A stretch of DNA of 64,000 nt from Candidatus Omnitrophota bacterium (GTDB taxonomy: Bacteria; Omnitrophota; Gorgyraeia; B26-G9), in the NCBI GenBank assembly GCA_043826565.1, contig JBDRPX010000023.1:5758-69757 (forward strand), read 5' to 3'. Both the position numbers and the translations under genes were made by a program. The notes beneath the pieces are model-generated. The model worked only from the letters and a program-made list of their open reading frames with translations, had not been told where the DNA came from and did no database searches. Below are positions 1 through 9,910 of the stretch, one piece after another (positions within the stretch are counted from its first letter, which is position 1; each line of letters starts with the position of its first letter).

Positions 1-1068
1 TGCATTAACAAGGCTATCAGTATTGCCAGGCTTTATAAGGAATCCGCTTTCATCAGAACAAATAACTTCCGCAATTCCTCCCACATTACTAGCTATCACT
101 GGAGTTCCACAAGAGATACTTTCTAAAACAACATTTGGCAATCCTTCATTTAGGCTTGGTAAACATAGAATATCCGCACCATTCATCAACATAGCTATTT
201 CTTCAGGGGTTTTAACTCCAAGGAATTTTACAGTTTTGTCTAAACGGTTTTTTTTAACAAAATTTTTATATGAATACTCTAATGGCCCTTGCCCTACCAG
301 AAAAAACTTTAGTTTAGGAAAATCAGCTTTTAACTTTTTTGCAGCTTCAAGCAAAAAATCAATACCCTTAATTCTCTTAAAATTACCAACGAAAAGGACA
401 ACCATATCTTCCCCCTCTATTCCTAGTTTCCTTCTTGCGCTATCTTGAGAAATAGGTTTAAAAATAGTTTTATCCACTCCGTTATACAATGTTGTTAATT
501 TAGAGCTATTCACTCCTAATTCAACAACTTTTTCCTTCATATCATCACTCATCACAATAATCTCATCTGCTCTTCTCAGTGCAAATCTAATAAACTTGCC
601 TCTTAAAAATTTTCTCGAGATTATATTCACATCACTACCAAGTAATTTTATGATATGTGGTTTTCTTAGAAATAAGGCCACCAAAGAACCCGCAAAAGCA
701 TCCGGATATCCATACATTGATACAATAGCCTCAATGGAATTTTCCTTATGCAACCGCTGGCACAAGAGAATAATGCTAAAAAAATAAAAGAACCCGTGCA
801 AAAACCTCCCTATTTTGGGAATAGCAAAATACAAAGGGTGATAAACGGGGATATTGCCAATCATTTCTTTTCTCTGAACCCTGCCAGCGTAAGAGAACTC
901 TGCTCTCTTGCCTAATACGGAAATTCCAGGAAACCATGGCAATGGCGCTATTACCTTTATACAACAAAATTTCCCAGCCTCTTCAATTTGATATTTATTA
1001 AAAAGTCCTCCTGTAGGTTCTAAGTGGTTAGGAAAAACATGTGTAATAATTATAACATTTCCTGCCAT
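1..1068 (-). CDS. Glycosyltransferase family 1 (GT-B fold), C-terminally truncated by the window edge
   Basis: Manual minus-strand translation from the ATG at ~1068 gives an uninterrupted reading frame (MAGNVIIITHVFPNHLEPTGG...) that runs past position 1. It contains the classic GT1 C-terminal motif GLPNVVLESISCGTPVIASNVGGIAEVI. The ORF track did not report it because no stop codon lies inside the window. It starts 3 bp downstream of the preceding gene's stop. Confidence 0.8.
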   Translation of the reverse strand, partial: MAGNVIIITHVFPNHLEPTGGLFNKYQIEEAGKFCCIKVIAPLPWFPGISVLGKRAEFSYAGRVQRKEMIGNIPVYHPLYFAIPKIGRFLHGFFYFFSIILLCQRLHKENSIEAIVSMYGYPDAFAGSLVALFLRKPHIIKLLGSDVNIISRKFLRGKFIRFALRRADEIIVMSDDMKEKVVELGVNSSKLTTLYNGVDKTIFKPISQDSARRKLGIEGEDMVVLFVGNFKRIKGIDFLLEAAKKLKADFPKLKFFLVGQGPLEYSYKNFVKKNRLDKTVKFLGVKTPEEIAMLMNGADILCLPSLNEGLPNVVLESISCGTPVIASNVGGIAEVICSDESGFLIKPGNTDSLVNA

Positions 1069-1070
1069 TA

Positions 1071-2195
1071 TTATTTACTCCCCACCTTTAAAATTTGACA
1101 ATAAGCCTTTGTATATTCCAACACCATTTTTTCAATGCCAAAATTTGTTTCTATCATAGCTCTGGCCTCTCTACCAAGCTTGCCAGTTAACTCCTTGCTA
1201 ACCAGCAACTTGCCCATAGCTTCAAATAATTTATTTTCATCTCCCGCAGGAACAAAAACTCCATTAGTATTATCTTCAATAAGTTCTACATTACCTCCTA
1301 CATTAGTCGTAACTATTGCGCAACGAGCAGCCATCGCTTCAAGCAAAGCAATAGAAAATCCCTCACTCATTGAAAATAAGACAAATAAATCTAGAATCGA
1401 CAGAAGTTCAGGGATATCTGCTCTGTTCCCTAAAAACCTGACTTTGTCTTCGATCTTTAATTCATCTCTAAGCACTTCCAACTCATTTTTTAAAAAACCA
1501 TCCCCAATTATTAAAAGTGTAACATTCGGAATTTTCGAAATTACAAACTTAAAAGCACGCAGCAAACCAGCATGATTTTTAACAGGAACAAGTCTTGCAA
1601 CTACACCTACTAGTTTTTCCTCAGGAGCAATATCCAGTTCTTCTTTTTTGCGAATAACATCCACTTTTTTATCAAACCTTTCGCAATCAATACCATTATA
1701 CACAACTCTAAGCTTTTCCTTTGATATTTTCACCACATCAATTAAAAAAGATTCGACATCTCTTGAATCGGCAATGACAAAAGAAAATAAAGATAACAAT
1801 CTTTCTGCCATGATCAGCGCCTTTTTCTTCAAAGGCAGCTTAGAATGTTCCGTATGCACAAGCTTCACAGCAGGAGCCATAATCTTTGCTACCCCCACAT
1901 AAAGCCAAGGAGAAACATTATGTGTGTGCACAAGTCTTATTTTCAACCGCCTTATTAGCCTACCTATCTTTATTGGCAAAGCCCAATCTATTCCCTCTTT
2001 TTTTTCAATAACATAAACCTTTATCCCATTCTCAATAAATTCTTGCTCAAGGTCACACTTTTTTTTAAAAGTGCAAACAAAAGGCTGAAATTTATCCTTA
2101 TCCAATTTTTTAATAAGATTAAGGACGACCATTTCCAATCCCCCCACATCAATTGAATAAGTAACAAATAAAATATTAATTTTTTTATCGTTCAT
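1071..2195 (-). CDS. Glycosyltransferase family 4 / GT1-fold (RfaG-like)
   Basis: 374 aa. C-terminal EGFSIALLEAMAARCAIVTTNVGGNVELIEDNTNGVFVP is the canonical retaining GT-B E-x7-E region. The N-terminal VGGLEMVVLNL also fits the GT4 family. Confidence 0.85.
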   Translation of the reverse strand: MNDKKINILFVTYSIDVGGLEMVVLNLIKKLDKDKFQPFVCTFKKKCDLEQEFIENGIKVYVIEKKEGIDWALPIKIGRLIRRLKIRLVHTHNVSPWLYVGVAKIMAPAVKLVHTEHSKLPLKKKALIMAERLLSLFSFVIADSRDVESFLIDVVKISKEKLRVVYNGIDCERFDKKVDVIRKKEELDIAPEEKLVGVVARLVPVKNHAGLLRAFKFVISKIPNVTLLIIGDGFLKNELEVLRDELKIEDKVRFLGNRADIPELLSILDLFVLFSMSEGFSIALLEAMAARCAIVTTNVGGNVELIEDNTNGVFVPAGDENKLFEAMGKLLVSKELTGKLGREARAMIETNFGIEKMVLEYTKAYCQILKVGSK

Positions 2196-2198
2196 CTT

Positions 2199-3497
2199 CT
2201 AAATTATCTCCTTGACCGCAATTAGCCAGATTAATACAATCACAAAAACAAAGGAAAAAATAATTTTAACCCAGTCTTTTTGGGAAAGAAGGGTGATGTT
2301 TTCATTTATTTGCTCTTTTGCAATTAAAAACACATTAGCACATAGAGCCAAAATTATGAACAGAAGATCATGCTCCATAATCACAAAAAAAGTTGCCATG
2401 AAAAAAGCAGCGGATGCAGTAAAAACAATCAAGGCTAACGTTGTTATCTCTTCATTTTTAACATCATTACGTAAAGCTCTATATGCAATCAAACATCCTT
2501 TCAGAGATAAATAAACAATACTAACATATAAAAAAACACCTAAATACCCCATTTCTGCCATGCTACTAACAAAATTATTATGTGCAATTAACCCCGTGAC
2601 TTCAACAAATTTCCCTTTTCCAATCCCAAAAAGTGGATTATCTTGAGCCATTGACAATCCTTGTTCCCAGAGCCAGGTTCGCTCATGAGCTGAAGACTCT
2701 GCACTGCTCAAGAGTGCCATTCTTCCTTTATTTAAACAGAGAATCCCTAAAAGTGTAGCACCACTTAAAAAAATACATGTTTTTTTATTGAACCTCAAAG
2801 CAAAAAAAAGTAACATTGAACCCATAAAAGCCAACAAAGCCCCCCTTGACCCTGTTGAGAAAATCCCCAAACAAAGCATACATGAAAATAAAAAACAAGA
2901 AATTTTCACCATTGGACTTCTATCTTTTCGAAACAAATTTATGATAAAAAAGGGAATAACAAATAAATAAACTAGAGCTAAAACATTTGGGCCGTCCCAT
3001 AGACCTATCCAAAATGTTCGCCCCTCATCAATTAAAAATCTCTCTTTTATAGCCTCCTCCGAACTAATCTCAACTGAATTGAGAGTTTGCTTCGCCCACC
3101 CAATTCTGTTTTGCTGCTGATATAATCCTTGAAAACAAAGAACAACAGCTAAAACGCCAGAAAGAATAAAAATATTTCTAATTCTTTTTGGAGTATTAGC
3201 AATTAACAGAAAAATCAAGAAAACTATGTAGCGTTTACCAAAAGCTAGCAACTGTTCTATTCCTAAATCCATATTTCCATTCACAAAATTACTCATAAAA
3301 ACCAACAATATCCAAAATATGATAAAATTGTGCTGGGGGATCTTAATATTTCTTTTCATTCGTGATTGATATATAAACGCACTTAATATTCCCCCCACAA
3401 CTATAATATCATTTAAAGGATATCCATAAAAGGGACTCCCCGGAAAATCCTGAGGCCTAAGGAATAAAGTTATTAAGAAAAAGTAAATCCACATCAT
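2199..3497 (-). CDS. O-antigen ligase / Wzy-like polymerase family membrane protein
   Basis: 432 aa with about 10 predicted TM segments. A central periplasmic loop carries a Wzy_C-like segment (GSRGALLAFMGSMLLFFAL). Gene context (Wzx flippase upstream, GT downstream) supports the call. Confidence 0.6.
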   Translation of the reverse strand: MMWIYFFLITLFLRPQDFPGSPFYGYPLNDIIVVGGILSAFIYQSRMKRNIKIPQHNFIIFWILLVFMSNFVNGNMDLGIEQLLAFGKRYIVFLIFLLIANTPKRIRNIFILSGVLAVVLCFQGLYQQQNRIGWAKQTLNSVEISSEEAIKERFLIDEGRTFWIGLWDGPNVLALVYLFVIPFFIINLFRKDRSPMVKISCFLFSCMLCLGIFSTGSRGALLAFMGSMLLFFALRFNKKTCIFLSGATLLGILCLNKGRMALLSSAESSAHERTWLWEQGLSMAQDNPLFGIGKGKFVEVTGLIAHNNFVSSMAEMGYLGVFLYVSIVYLSLKGCLIAYRALRNDVKNEEITTLALIVFTASAAFFMATFFVIMEHDLLFIILALCANVFLIAKEQINENITLLSQKDWVKIIFSFVFVIVLIWLIAVKEII

Positions 3498-4969
3498 TTT
3501 AAAATCCTCATCCTTATTTTTTTAATAACCTGAATAATCATATTTTTTTCCCTTTGCTCAAAGATACCAAAAAAGTAAAGCACAAACGGAAAACTGATCA
3601 GCAAAAGCAGTTTTAATTGTATTATGATCAATAATGTACAATAGCAGAATTTATCAACACTTGCCCCCAGAAAATAAAAAATGACTGCTATTGAACAAAT
3701 TTTAAAAATGCGCAGAAAATCGTAAGGCACAGGATAAATTTTGTTCGAAAAATAAAAGGTCAAAACACAACTTGAAATAGCAACTAACCAATTGGCTACA
3801 GCTGCTCCTTGTGCATCAAAAATAGGGATCATAATTCTATTTAAAACAACTGCTAATATTCCAGTACAAATAGAAATGTAGAAAAGATACTTTGTCTTTT
3901 TCTTTATTAAAATTCCTGTCTGAAGCACATAATTCATCCCCACAGTAATTACTGACAAAAGAATTATCGGAATAACAACACCCGCCCTAAAAAACTCCTC
4001 GGAAGAGATTATTTTTAGCACTTCCTTTGTAAAAATAGCTAACCACAGAGCGCAGTAAAATGTAATGACAATAAAGTAAGTCATAACCTTTGCATAAATT
4101 TCCTTAGCATTTTCCTGATACATGATTGCAAATCTTGATTGGCCAAAGTTCATCGAGAACGGCTCCACTATCATCTCTTTAATTATTAACCCAAAACGCA
4201 GTGATAATGCATATATCCCTACTGACGCCAAGGTCTTATAATTGCTCAATATTACTCTGTCCGCATTTGTAATTAAAATTGCCGAAAAAGTTGAAAATAC
4301 AAATGGAAGACAATACTTTAAAAGAACTCTAAGTTTGGTTAGACTAAAACGGATCCCGCTATACTTCAGTGTAATAGTTATGATCACCGACCATACAACA
4401 ATGGTGCTAATAAGATTCCCCGTCAAGATGCCCTGAACACCCCTCTTTAGATACAATACAAAGAAAAGATTGAATCCAACTTGAGTAACAAGTTGTGTAA
4501 CGGCCAGACTTATATATAATAGAGATTTTTCTTTTGCTCGAAGATATGCAAGTCCAATTTCCTTCATTAATTCAAACAAAACAATAAAAAGGATCAGCTT
4601 TAAACCATCAGTATAACCTCCTATCTTAAAAATCAGAAGTGATAACTGCGGCAGAAAACCCCAGAGGATAAATATTCCAACCAAGGAAAGAGATAGCGAA
4701 GCAATTAGCGCAGTACTAATTATTTCCTTCCTTTCAACTTCATTTTTATATTCAAAGTAAAAACGAAGAGTAGCATGCGCAACCATCAAGCCAAGAAACG
4801 TTCTTAACACATTAGAAAACACATAAAACATTTCTAAGGCTCCATATGCTTCCACTCCTAATGTTTTAGTATATAGCGGAATAAGCATTAACGAACCCAG
4901 CCTATGTATTATATTGCCTACACTATAAATCATGGAATGCTTAATAAAATTCTTAAAATAATCAATCAC
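3494..4969 (-). CDS. Wzx-type oligosaccharide flippase (polysaccharide biosynthesis protein, MOP superfamily)
   Basis: 491 aa, highly hydrophobic (12-14 TM). The N-terminus MIYSVGNIIHRLGSLMLIPLYTKTLGVEAYGALEMFY is typical of the Wzx/RfbX family. Confidence 0.75.
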   Translation of the reverse strand: MIDYFKNFIKHSMIYSVGNIIHRLGSLMLIPLYTKTLGVEAYGALEMFYVFSNVLRTFLGLMVAHATLRFYFEYKNEVERKEIISTALIASLSLSLVGIFILWGFLPQLSLLIFKIGGYTDGLKLILFIVLFELMKEIGLAYLRAKEKSLLYISLAVTQLVTQVGFNLFFVLYLKRGVQGILTGNLISTIVVWSVIITITLKYSGIRFSLTKLRVLLKYCLPFVFSTFSAILITNADRVILSNYKTLASVGIYALSLRFGLIIKEMIVEPFSMNFGQSRFAIMYQENAKEIYAKVMTYFIVITFYCALWLAIFTKEVLKIISSEEFFRAGVVIPIILLSVITVGMNYVLQTGILIKKKTKYLFYISICTGILAVVLNRIMIPIFDAQGAAVANWLVAISSCVLTFYFSNKIYPVPYDFLRIFKICSIAVIFYFLGASVDKFCYCTLLIIIQLKLLLLISFPFVLYFFGIFEQREKNMIIQVIKKIRMRILK

Positions 4970-6446
4970 TAGGTTCCTCTCCTATCTTTAGTGACCCTGC
5001 AAAATAAAAATTATAAATTAATCTCACCCCATTATTAATATTTGTTTGGAACCACTGTTCCTCTTTTACAAGCTGTTGATTTAGACGTCGTGTTATATGA
5101 TTTATCCAAAACAGAATAAATAAAATTTTTATAAGGTTTTTATTTACCCCTATCGTTTTACAGTATCCCGATATTAACTTCTTTTCCCAATCCTCAATAT
5201 TACCATCAAGAAAATCATTTAGAAATAAATTACTAACATCTTCCCCTTTAAAAATTACCTTCCCATAAATAATTAAGTATATAAGATCCATCAATGGCAA
5301 TCCCTCCTTCACCGAAAGATCCCAATCAATAATCCCTTGAATCTTATGCGTCCGTTTATCTACAAGTATATTCTCAATTTTATAATCTCCATGAGACCAT
5401 ACAGATTGAACGGTTTTCCCTATCAGTTCCCTCTTAATTGCATCTGTCAAATCATTCAGCTTTTTTTTGCTATCACCGCTACAATACAAAATTAACCTTT
5501 GGGTGTCTCTAAAAAAAAGCCTTTTCATAATACTCTCATTTAAAACTATGCTATTACTTGTTTTCTTATGGAATCTAGTTAGTAATTCAGCAATAGCTTT
5601 AATAAGTTCATTAAGTTCTTTTCTTGGCAGATTATACGCTATCCCCGGAATCCTTGATTCCAAATAACAAGCCTTTCCGCAAATAATTTTACTATCAATC
5701 GGCTTTGGAACCAGTGAAGCTAGACTACTTCGCTGCAGTTGGTTCAAAATCCTATAATTTATCCTGCCTCTAACTTCGGTCAAATGATTTAAAGGAATTC
5801 TTACTACCCCCTTTTTACCTAAAATTACAGCCGAGAAAGGTTTCCCAATAATAATTTCATTAACCTCATCAAGAGACATTTTCGTTACAACATCATTTAA
5901 AAAATTTGATTGCTCCCTCTGGCCTTTGAATGCGATAACTGCATATGAATTATGAAAATTGGTCATAAATTTTCTACTTAAAAGCCAATTTTTAATACAG
6001 CTTTTCATATCAACCATCCCAGATAAGTCAAAAATATATTTCAGTCTTATCTCTTGCATAGATGCGAGTTCCGGAGTTAATACATAACTATCAAAAGCCT
6101 TAAAACCAATTCTTGTGCAAATTTTAAAAACATCTTTAATGAAAAATTTTCTACTCTTTTTTTTATCCTGTTTCCAAAACAATAAATTTCTATAACTGAA
6201 TTTATTATCAAAAGATATACATAACTTACCATCAGAAGTTAATAGAGAAAACGCCCTGCATGCAATTTTCTCAAGGCTATCTGTTTCAGGAAACTTAAAA
6301 AGATTAAGGATAACCACTTCATAATAAACATGTTGCACACTTACCATGTCTTCAAGACAATTACATGTAATAATATTTTTGTCTTTGCCATTATTTAAAA
6401 AAAGTCCCCAAAGGCTTTTATGCATTCCCCACCCCTTTAAGCTCAT
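4962..6446 (-). CDS. Two-domain protein: unknown N-terminal domain plus C-terminal APH/choline-kinase-like phosphotransferase domain
   Basis: The C-terminal half carries the Brenner motif WSHGDYKIENILV followed by GIIDWDLS (catalytic and Mg-binding Asp). This is the protein-kinase-like fold of the aminoglycoside / choline / ethanolamine kinase family. The N-terminal ~200 aa is not recognisable. Confidence 0.55.
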   Translation of the reverse strand: MSLKGWGMHKSLWGLFLNNGKDKNIITCNCLEDMVSVQHVYYEVVILNLFKFPETDSLEKIACRAFSLLTSDGKLCISFDNKFSYRNLLFWKQDKKKSRKFFIKDVFKICTRIGFKAFDSYVLTPELASMQEIRLKYIFDLSGMVDMKSCIKNWLLSRKFMTNFHNSYAVIAFKGQREQSNFLNDVVTKMSLDEVNEIIIGKPFSAVILGKKGVVRIPLNHLTEVRGRINYRILNQLQRSSLASLVPKPIDSKIICGKACYLESRIPGIAYNLPRKELNELIKAIAELLTRFHKKTSNSIVLNESIMKRLFFRDTQRLILYCSGDSKKKLNDLTDAIKRELIGKTVQSVWSHGDYKIENILVDKRTHKIQGIIDWDLSVKEGLPLMDLIYLIIYGKVIFKGEDVSNLFLNDFLDGNIEDWEKKLISGYCKTIGVNKNLIKILFILFWINHITRRLNQQLVKEEQWFQTNINNGVRLIYNFYFAGSLKIGEEPSD

Positions 6447-8544
6447 ATCGATAATTCATTGCTTCTACCAATCTTTCCGAATCAAATAAGCATTCTCCTG
6501 CCTCCAAAGCCTTTACTATATTTACTAGTTCCCTGGCTGTAACATAATGCAGCTTAAATTTCTCCCCATCATTGCAATGCTCTTCTAATAGATTATATAA
6601 GTTATCTAACCCTCCTTCTAAAAGAAATCTCATGTTTTCTTCTTGACATCCATGCGCGTGTAATTTAATAAACCGAAAATTAGACTCCCCTTCAACATGT
6701 ATGTTTGTATCTATCCATAATTTGAGCCTATGCAGATCGACTGGATCTGTATATCCAATGTTACCGCTTTCAATTGTAGGGCAAAATGCCCCCTTTCTTT
6801 TTTTCCAATTAATTGCCAATGGCCCTTGGATCATCAACAATCTTTTCTTTTCCTTTGTATTAGTCTTAACATTTACCCCCCAGTTATGAGACTTCGGCAA
6901 ATCAGGAATATCTTTAGCGTAATAAATACTATTTACTTTTGCAGTCTGGGTATCACTTGGCACAGACGGAAGAGTGAAATCCGCATAGCAACCCGTATCA
7001 CGCAAAACTTCCAGCTCATTGTTTACCCCGCAGAATTTACCATCTTTTCTAGAGTTTGCAAGCGCCCAATCCCCATGAATAAACCCATATGCAATTTCTC
7101 CTGTTTGCTTGCATCTTGAAAGCATCTTATGATCCCTATTAAGTTTTTCTTTGAAATTTATAAGCTTTTCGGTAAGCATTTCTGGAGTATCATTATCATG
7201 ATGCAAATGAATTTCCACCTCCCCATACCCCTTATTGCAAATATTCCCTAATCCCTCCAATAATTCCGGTGTGTATTCTTCTTCAGGGAAAAAAAATGTA
7301 TATTTGGGGCTCTTTCCTAAAGAATCCTTATGTCTGGAAGCAATATCAGGATAATTTGCTACCCACTGATTAACTCTTTCAAGCCCCTCACTTTTGTTTA
7401 CTCCATTCCACAGAGGCTCAAAATGATCACAGATACAGACAAACAAGTATATAGGTTTTTTTCTGCAGTTTTTTGTAAATTTATTTAACAGTCTCTCAAA
7501 AGCATATCCGAGAAGCCAATATTGAGCGTATCTTATTGATTCGTTAAATTTAAACAGTAAGTTATATATACCCGCAACATGCAAAGCAAATAAAAACAAT
7601 GGCTCATGGTCAAAGCCTATTCTTCCAATTGCAAAATTGTCTACCTGAAAAGGATCATCTGCCGTAGTTACAGCAGATGAGAAACTAAGCTCTCTTACTA
7701 TTGTCTTAATATGATCGTTATAATTACCATTAGGATAGGCGAATGACTCAACTCTACATTTCAATTGCTCCTCAATAGTAGATTTAGATTTTAGAATTTC
7801 CCTTTTCACTTTATCTAGTGGAATTTTAGTTAAGATCGGATGTGTTTCAGTATGCGCCCCGAATTCTACTAATCCAGATTCATGCATTTCTTTAATCTCA
7901 TCCCAATTAAGCATCAGATCCTTGGATTGATTTTCACGATTAGCAGAAAGTAGTTGATCTATGATCTGCTTCAGGATTACTTCTTTCTTTTCCTCATTAA
8001 ATTTCTTCATTTCATTTGAAACGATCTTATAAAAATTAAGTTTTTCATTAAGTGTTGAAATTTTAAAACTCCGATCAAAGATTTCAGGGATCGCCACCTT
8101 AATGTTCTCTGTTTTAGTAAGAGCATGAATTAGTTTATCCGACCATAACATTTTACCTGATCCAATTGTTTCAGTAGTCAGATAAATTATTGCGGGAATT
8201 TTATATTTTTTTAAAATTGGGAATACATTAGAATGAATATTTTTATATCCGTCATCAAAAGTTAGAACAACCAAATTTGCAGACCTATCCTCAGGTCTTA
8301 TATTTAAACACTCTCCCAAAGAAACAAATTTATATTTTTTTAATAAAAACCTGATTTTTGCTTCAAATTCCTCCAGGGTAAGATGCCCCAGCCCCTGGAG
8401 AAATTCATAATAATCATCATCCTGGCTTATAATATTATGTGAAAACAATACCCTCGGAGGATTTTTAAAGATTTTACCAAAAATAAGCCTTACAAAATAA
8501 CCTAATCCGGAATAATAGATCAGTAAAAGCATTAAATTCTTCAA
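6418..8544 (-). CDS. Polysaccharide deacetylase (CE4 / NodB domain) with large C-terminal His-rich domain of unknown function
   Basis: 708 aa. The N-terminal half carries the CE4 motifs LTFDDGY (motif 1), GAHTETHP (motif 3) and FAYPNG. The C-terminal ~370 aa is rich in His/Asp motifs (CDHFEP, HLHHDND, HGDWA, HAHG) and has no obvious family assignment. Confidence 0.7.
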   Translation of the reverse strand: MKNLMLLLIYYSGLGYFVRLIFGKIFKNPPRVLFSHNIISQDDDYYEFLQGLGHLTLEEFEAKIRFLLKKYKFVSLGECLNIRPEDRSANLVVLTFDDGYKNIHSNVFPILKKYKIPAIIYLTTETIGSGKMLWSDKLIHALTKTENIKVAIPEIFDRSFKISTLNEKLNFYKIVSNEMKKFNEEKKEVILKQIIDQLLSANRENQSKDLMLNWDEIKEMHESGLVEFGAHTETHPILTKIPLDKVKREILKSKSTIEEQLKCRVESFAYPNGNYNDHIKTIVRELSFSSAVTTADDPFQVDNFAIGRIGFDHEPLFLFALHVAGIYNLLFKFNESIRYAQYWLLGYAFERLLNKFTKNCRKKPIYLFVCICDHFEPLWNGVNKSEGLERVNQWVANYPDIASRHKDSLGKSPKYTFFFPEEEYTPELLEGLGNICNKGYGEVEIHLHHDNDTPEMLTEKLINFKEKLNRDHKMLSRCKQTGEIAYGFIHGDWALANSRKDGKFCGVNNELEVLRDTGCYADFTLPSVPSDTQTAKVNSIYYAKDIPDLPKSHNWGVNVKTNTKEKKRLLMIQGPLAINWKKRKGAFCPTIESGNIGYTDPVDLHRLKLWIDTNIHVEGESNFRFIKLHAHGCQEENMRFLLEGGLDNLYNLLEEHCNDGEKFKLHYVTARELVNIVKALEAGECLFDSERLVEAMNYRYELKGVGNA

Positions 8545-8572
8545 AACGTTCCCTCCAATTGATGATTAATTT

Positions 8573-9910
8573 TCATTCCTTAAAATCGAATTTTTTAATA
8601 ACCATTTTATTTTCATCCAGCGTGCCGATCCCCTGATTGCAGCATAATTCTAAATATTTTCTAAATGGCCCATCCATATTATCCGGATTATTAAGTTCTC
8701 GAACCAAGCCGCCCAAAGGATAAAGGATATTTTTAGCTCCGTAATAATCAAGCGCGACCGGGTCAGTGCTTACAATAACAGATCTTGTCCTGGCGGCAAG
8801 TTTTGGGTCTGTCCGGGAGGCAAATCCTACCCATTCTGCTGTTACAATATTCAGATCCGCTCTCCGTATTGTATTCATAAAAGTCCCCACTGCTCCGCCT
8901 AGTCCCGGAACACCAATACTATGAAAACTGCAATATCCTTCCGGTACCACATTCCCGCAGGTCATGTCGATAACACCTAGATAATTTTTTACCGAACTGG
9001 TAACTCCGGCAAAATCACTGTGATGGTTTAATCCGGCAAAATTAATAAACTTAACCGGCTGACTAGTATATTTCCCGTTTTTCCAGGCTCCGTTTTTAAA
9101 GTCTATCGTTATTCCGCTAAATCCCGAAGTAAAAACAGGGTAAGACATTTTTGTCTTTTTCCCTTTATATCTGTATTCAATATTCGTCCAAACATATCCA
9201 TCACCCTGTCGAGGATGAACTACTAACTTTCTTTCCCGATATCCTCTAAGCTTCTTAACTGCCTCCTTTATGGGTCGTAAAATTCTGGCTTTTAAAGTAT
9301 CATCTTTTCCAAAAGAACCACCACCTATCCAATGATATTTTGTTACATTAGCATGGCCTTTTTGTCGAAAGTATTTAATAAGTTCATTATAGTTAAACTC
9401 TCCGTTCCTCATCCGGGTATTCCATCCACGGATATTACAATTATTTTTTGGACCGAAACATTGATGATTTTCGGCAATAATTACTTCTCCGGTAAACCCC
9501 GGGATCGCCAGAACCAGCTCAATAAACGCCTTCATAGAATTAGTATTGGTCATCCCCTGGTTCCACCACTGGGCATTCGGTTTTAAAATAACAATATCAT
9601 TCTTCCCGATAATCTTCTCTATCCCGCCGATCATTTCTATAGCTTTAAAAGTATTCTGTTCCGGAGATCCGTTTTTCGCATGATAAATAATCGATTCACC
9701 GCCTTTAGACTTTTCGGAATTCGCCGTCATGTCTACTCCCGCAGATTTACTAAAAGTCTCATCTTGAGCCCGGCTTTTAGATATTTTTAATAGCCAAGCA
9801 ATACCTAAACAGCCGATAAAAGCCATTCCCAGCTTTTTAATCAATTCTCTTCTGGTCATCCGTTTAAACATCATTATCTCCCTCAAAGAAATACCAGTTT
9901 TCACAATCAA
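8573..9910 (-). CDS. Secreted protein with Tat-like signal (MTRRELIKKLGMAFIG...SRAQD), possibly DUF362 family
   Basis: 445 aa with a twin-arginine-like N-terminus and a hydrophobic core ending in AQD. The VILKPN motif resembles DUF362 proteins. The true start is probably an internal Met (~9865), because the first 15 codons overlap the upstream gene. Confidence 0.4.
   Translation of the reverse strand: MIVKTGISLREIMMFKRMTRRELIKKLGMAFIGCLGIAWLLKISKSRAQDETFSKSAGVDMTANSEKSKGGESIIYHAKNGSPEQNTFKAIEMIGGIEKIIGKNDIVILKPNAQWWNQGMTNTNSMKAFIELVLAIPGFTGEVIIAENHQCFGPKNNCNIRGWNTRMRNGEFNYNELIKYFRQKGHANVTKYHWIGGGSFGKDDTLKARILRPIKEAVKKLRGYRERKLVVHPRQGDGYVWTNIEYRYKGKKTKMSYPVFTSGFSGITIDFKNGAWKNGKYTSQPVKFINFAGLNHHSDFAGVTSSVKNYLGVIDMTCGNVVPEGYCSFHSIGVPGLGGAVGTFMNTIRRADLNIVTAEWVGFASRTDPKLAARTRSVIVSTDPVALDYYGAKNILYPLGGLVRELNNPDNMDGPFRKYLELCCNQGIGTLDENKMVIKKFDFKE

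Noticed and set aside
23-448. Plus-strand 141-aa ORF at the window start
   Set aside because: It lies antisense to a full-length, motif-rich GT1 reading frame on the minus strand (1-1068). Its protein is low-complexity with no recognisable motif, so it is a shadow ORF.
1135-1902. Plus-strand ORFs of 146 aa and 84 aa inside the GT4 gene
   Set aside because: They sit fully inside a confidently called minus-strand glycosyltransferase. The proteins are Ser/Leu/Pro-rich and typical of antisense frames in AT-rich DNA.
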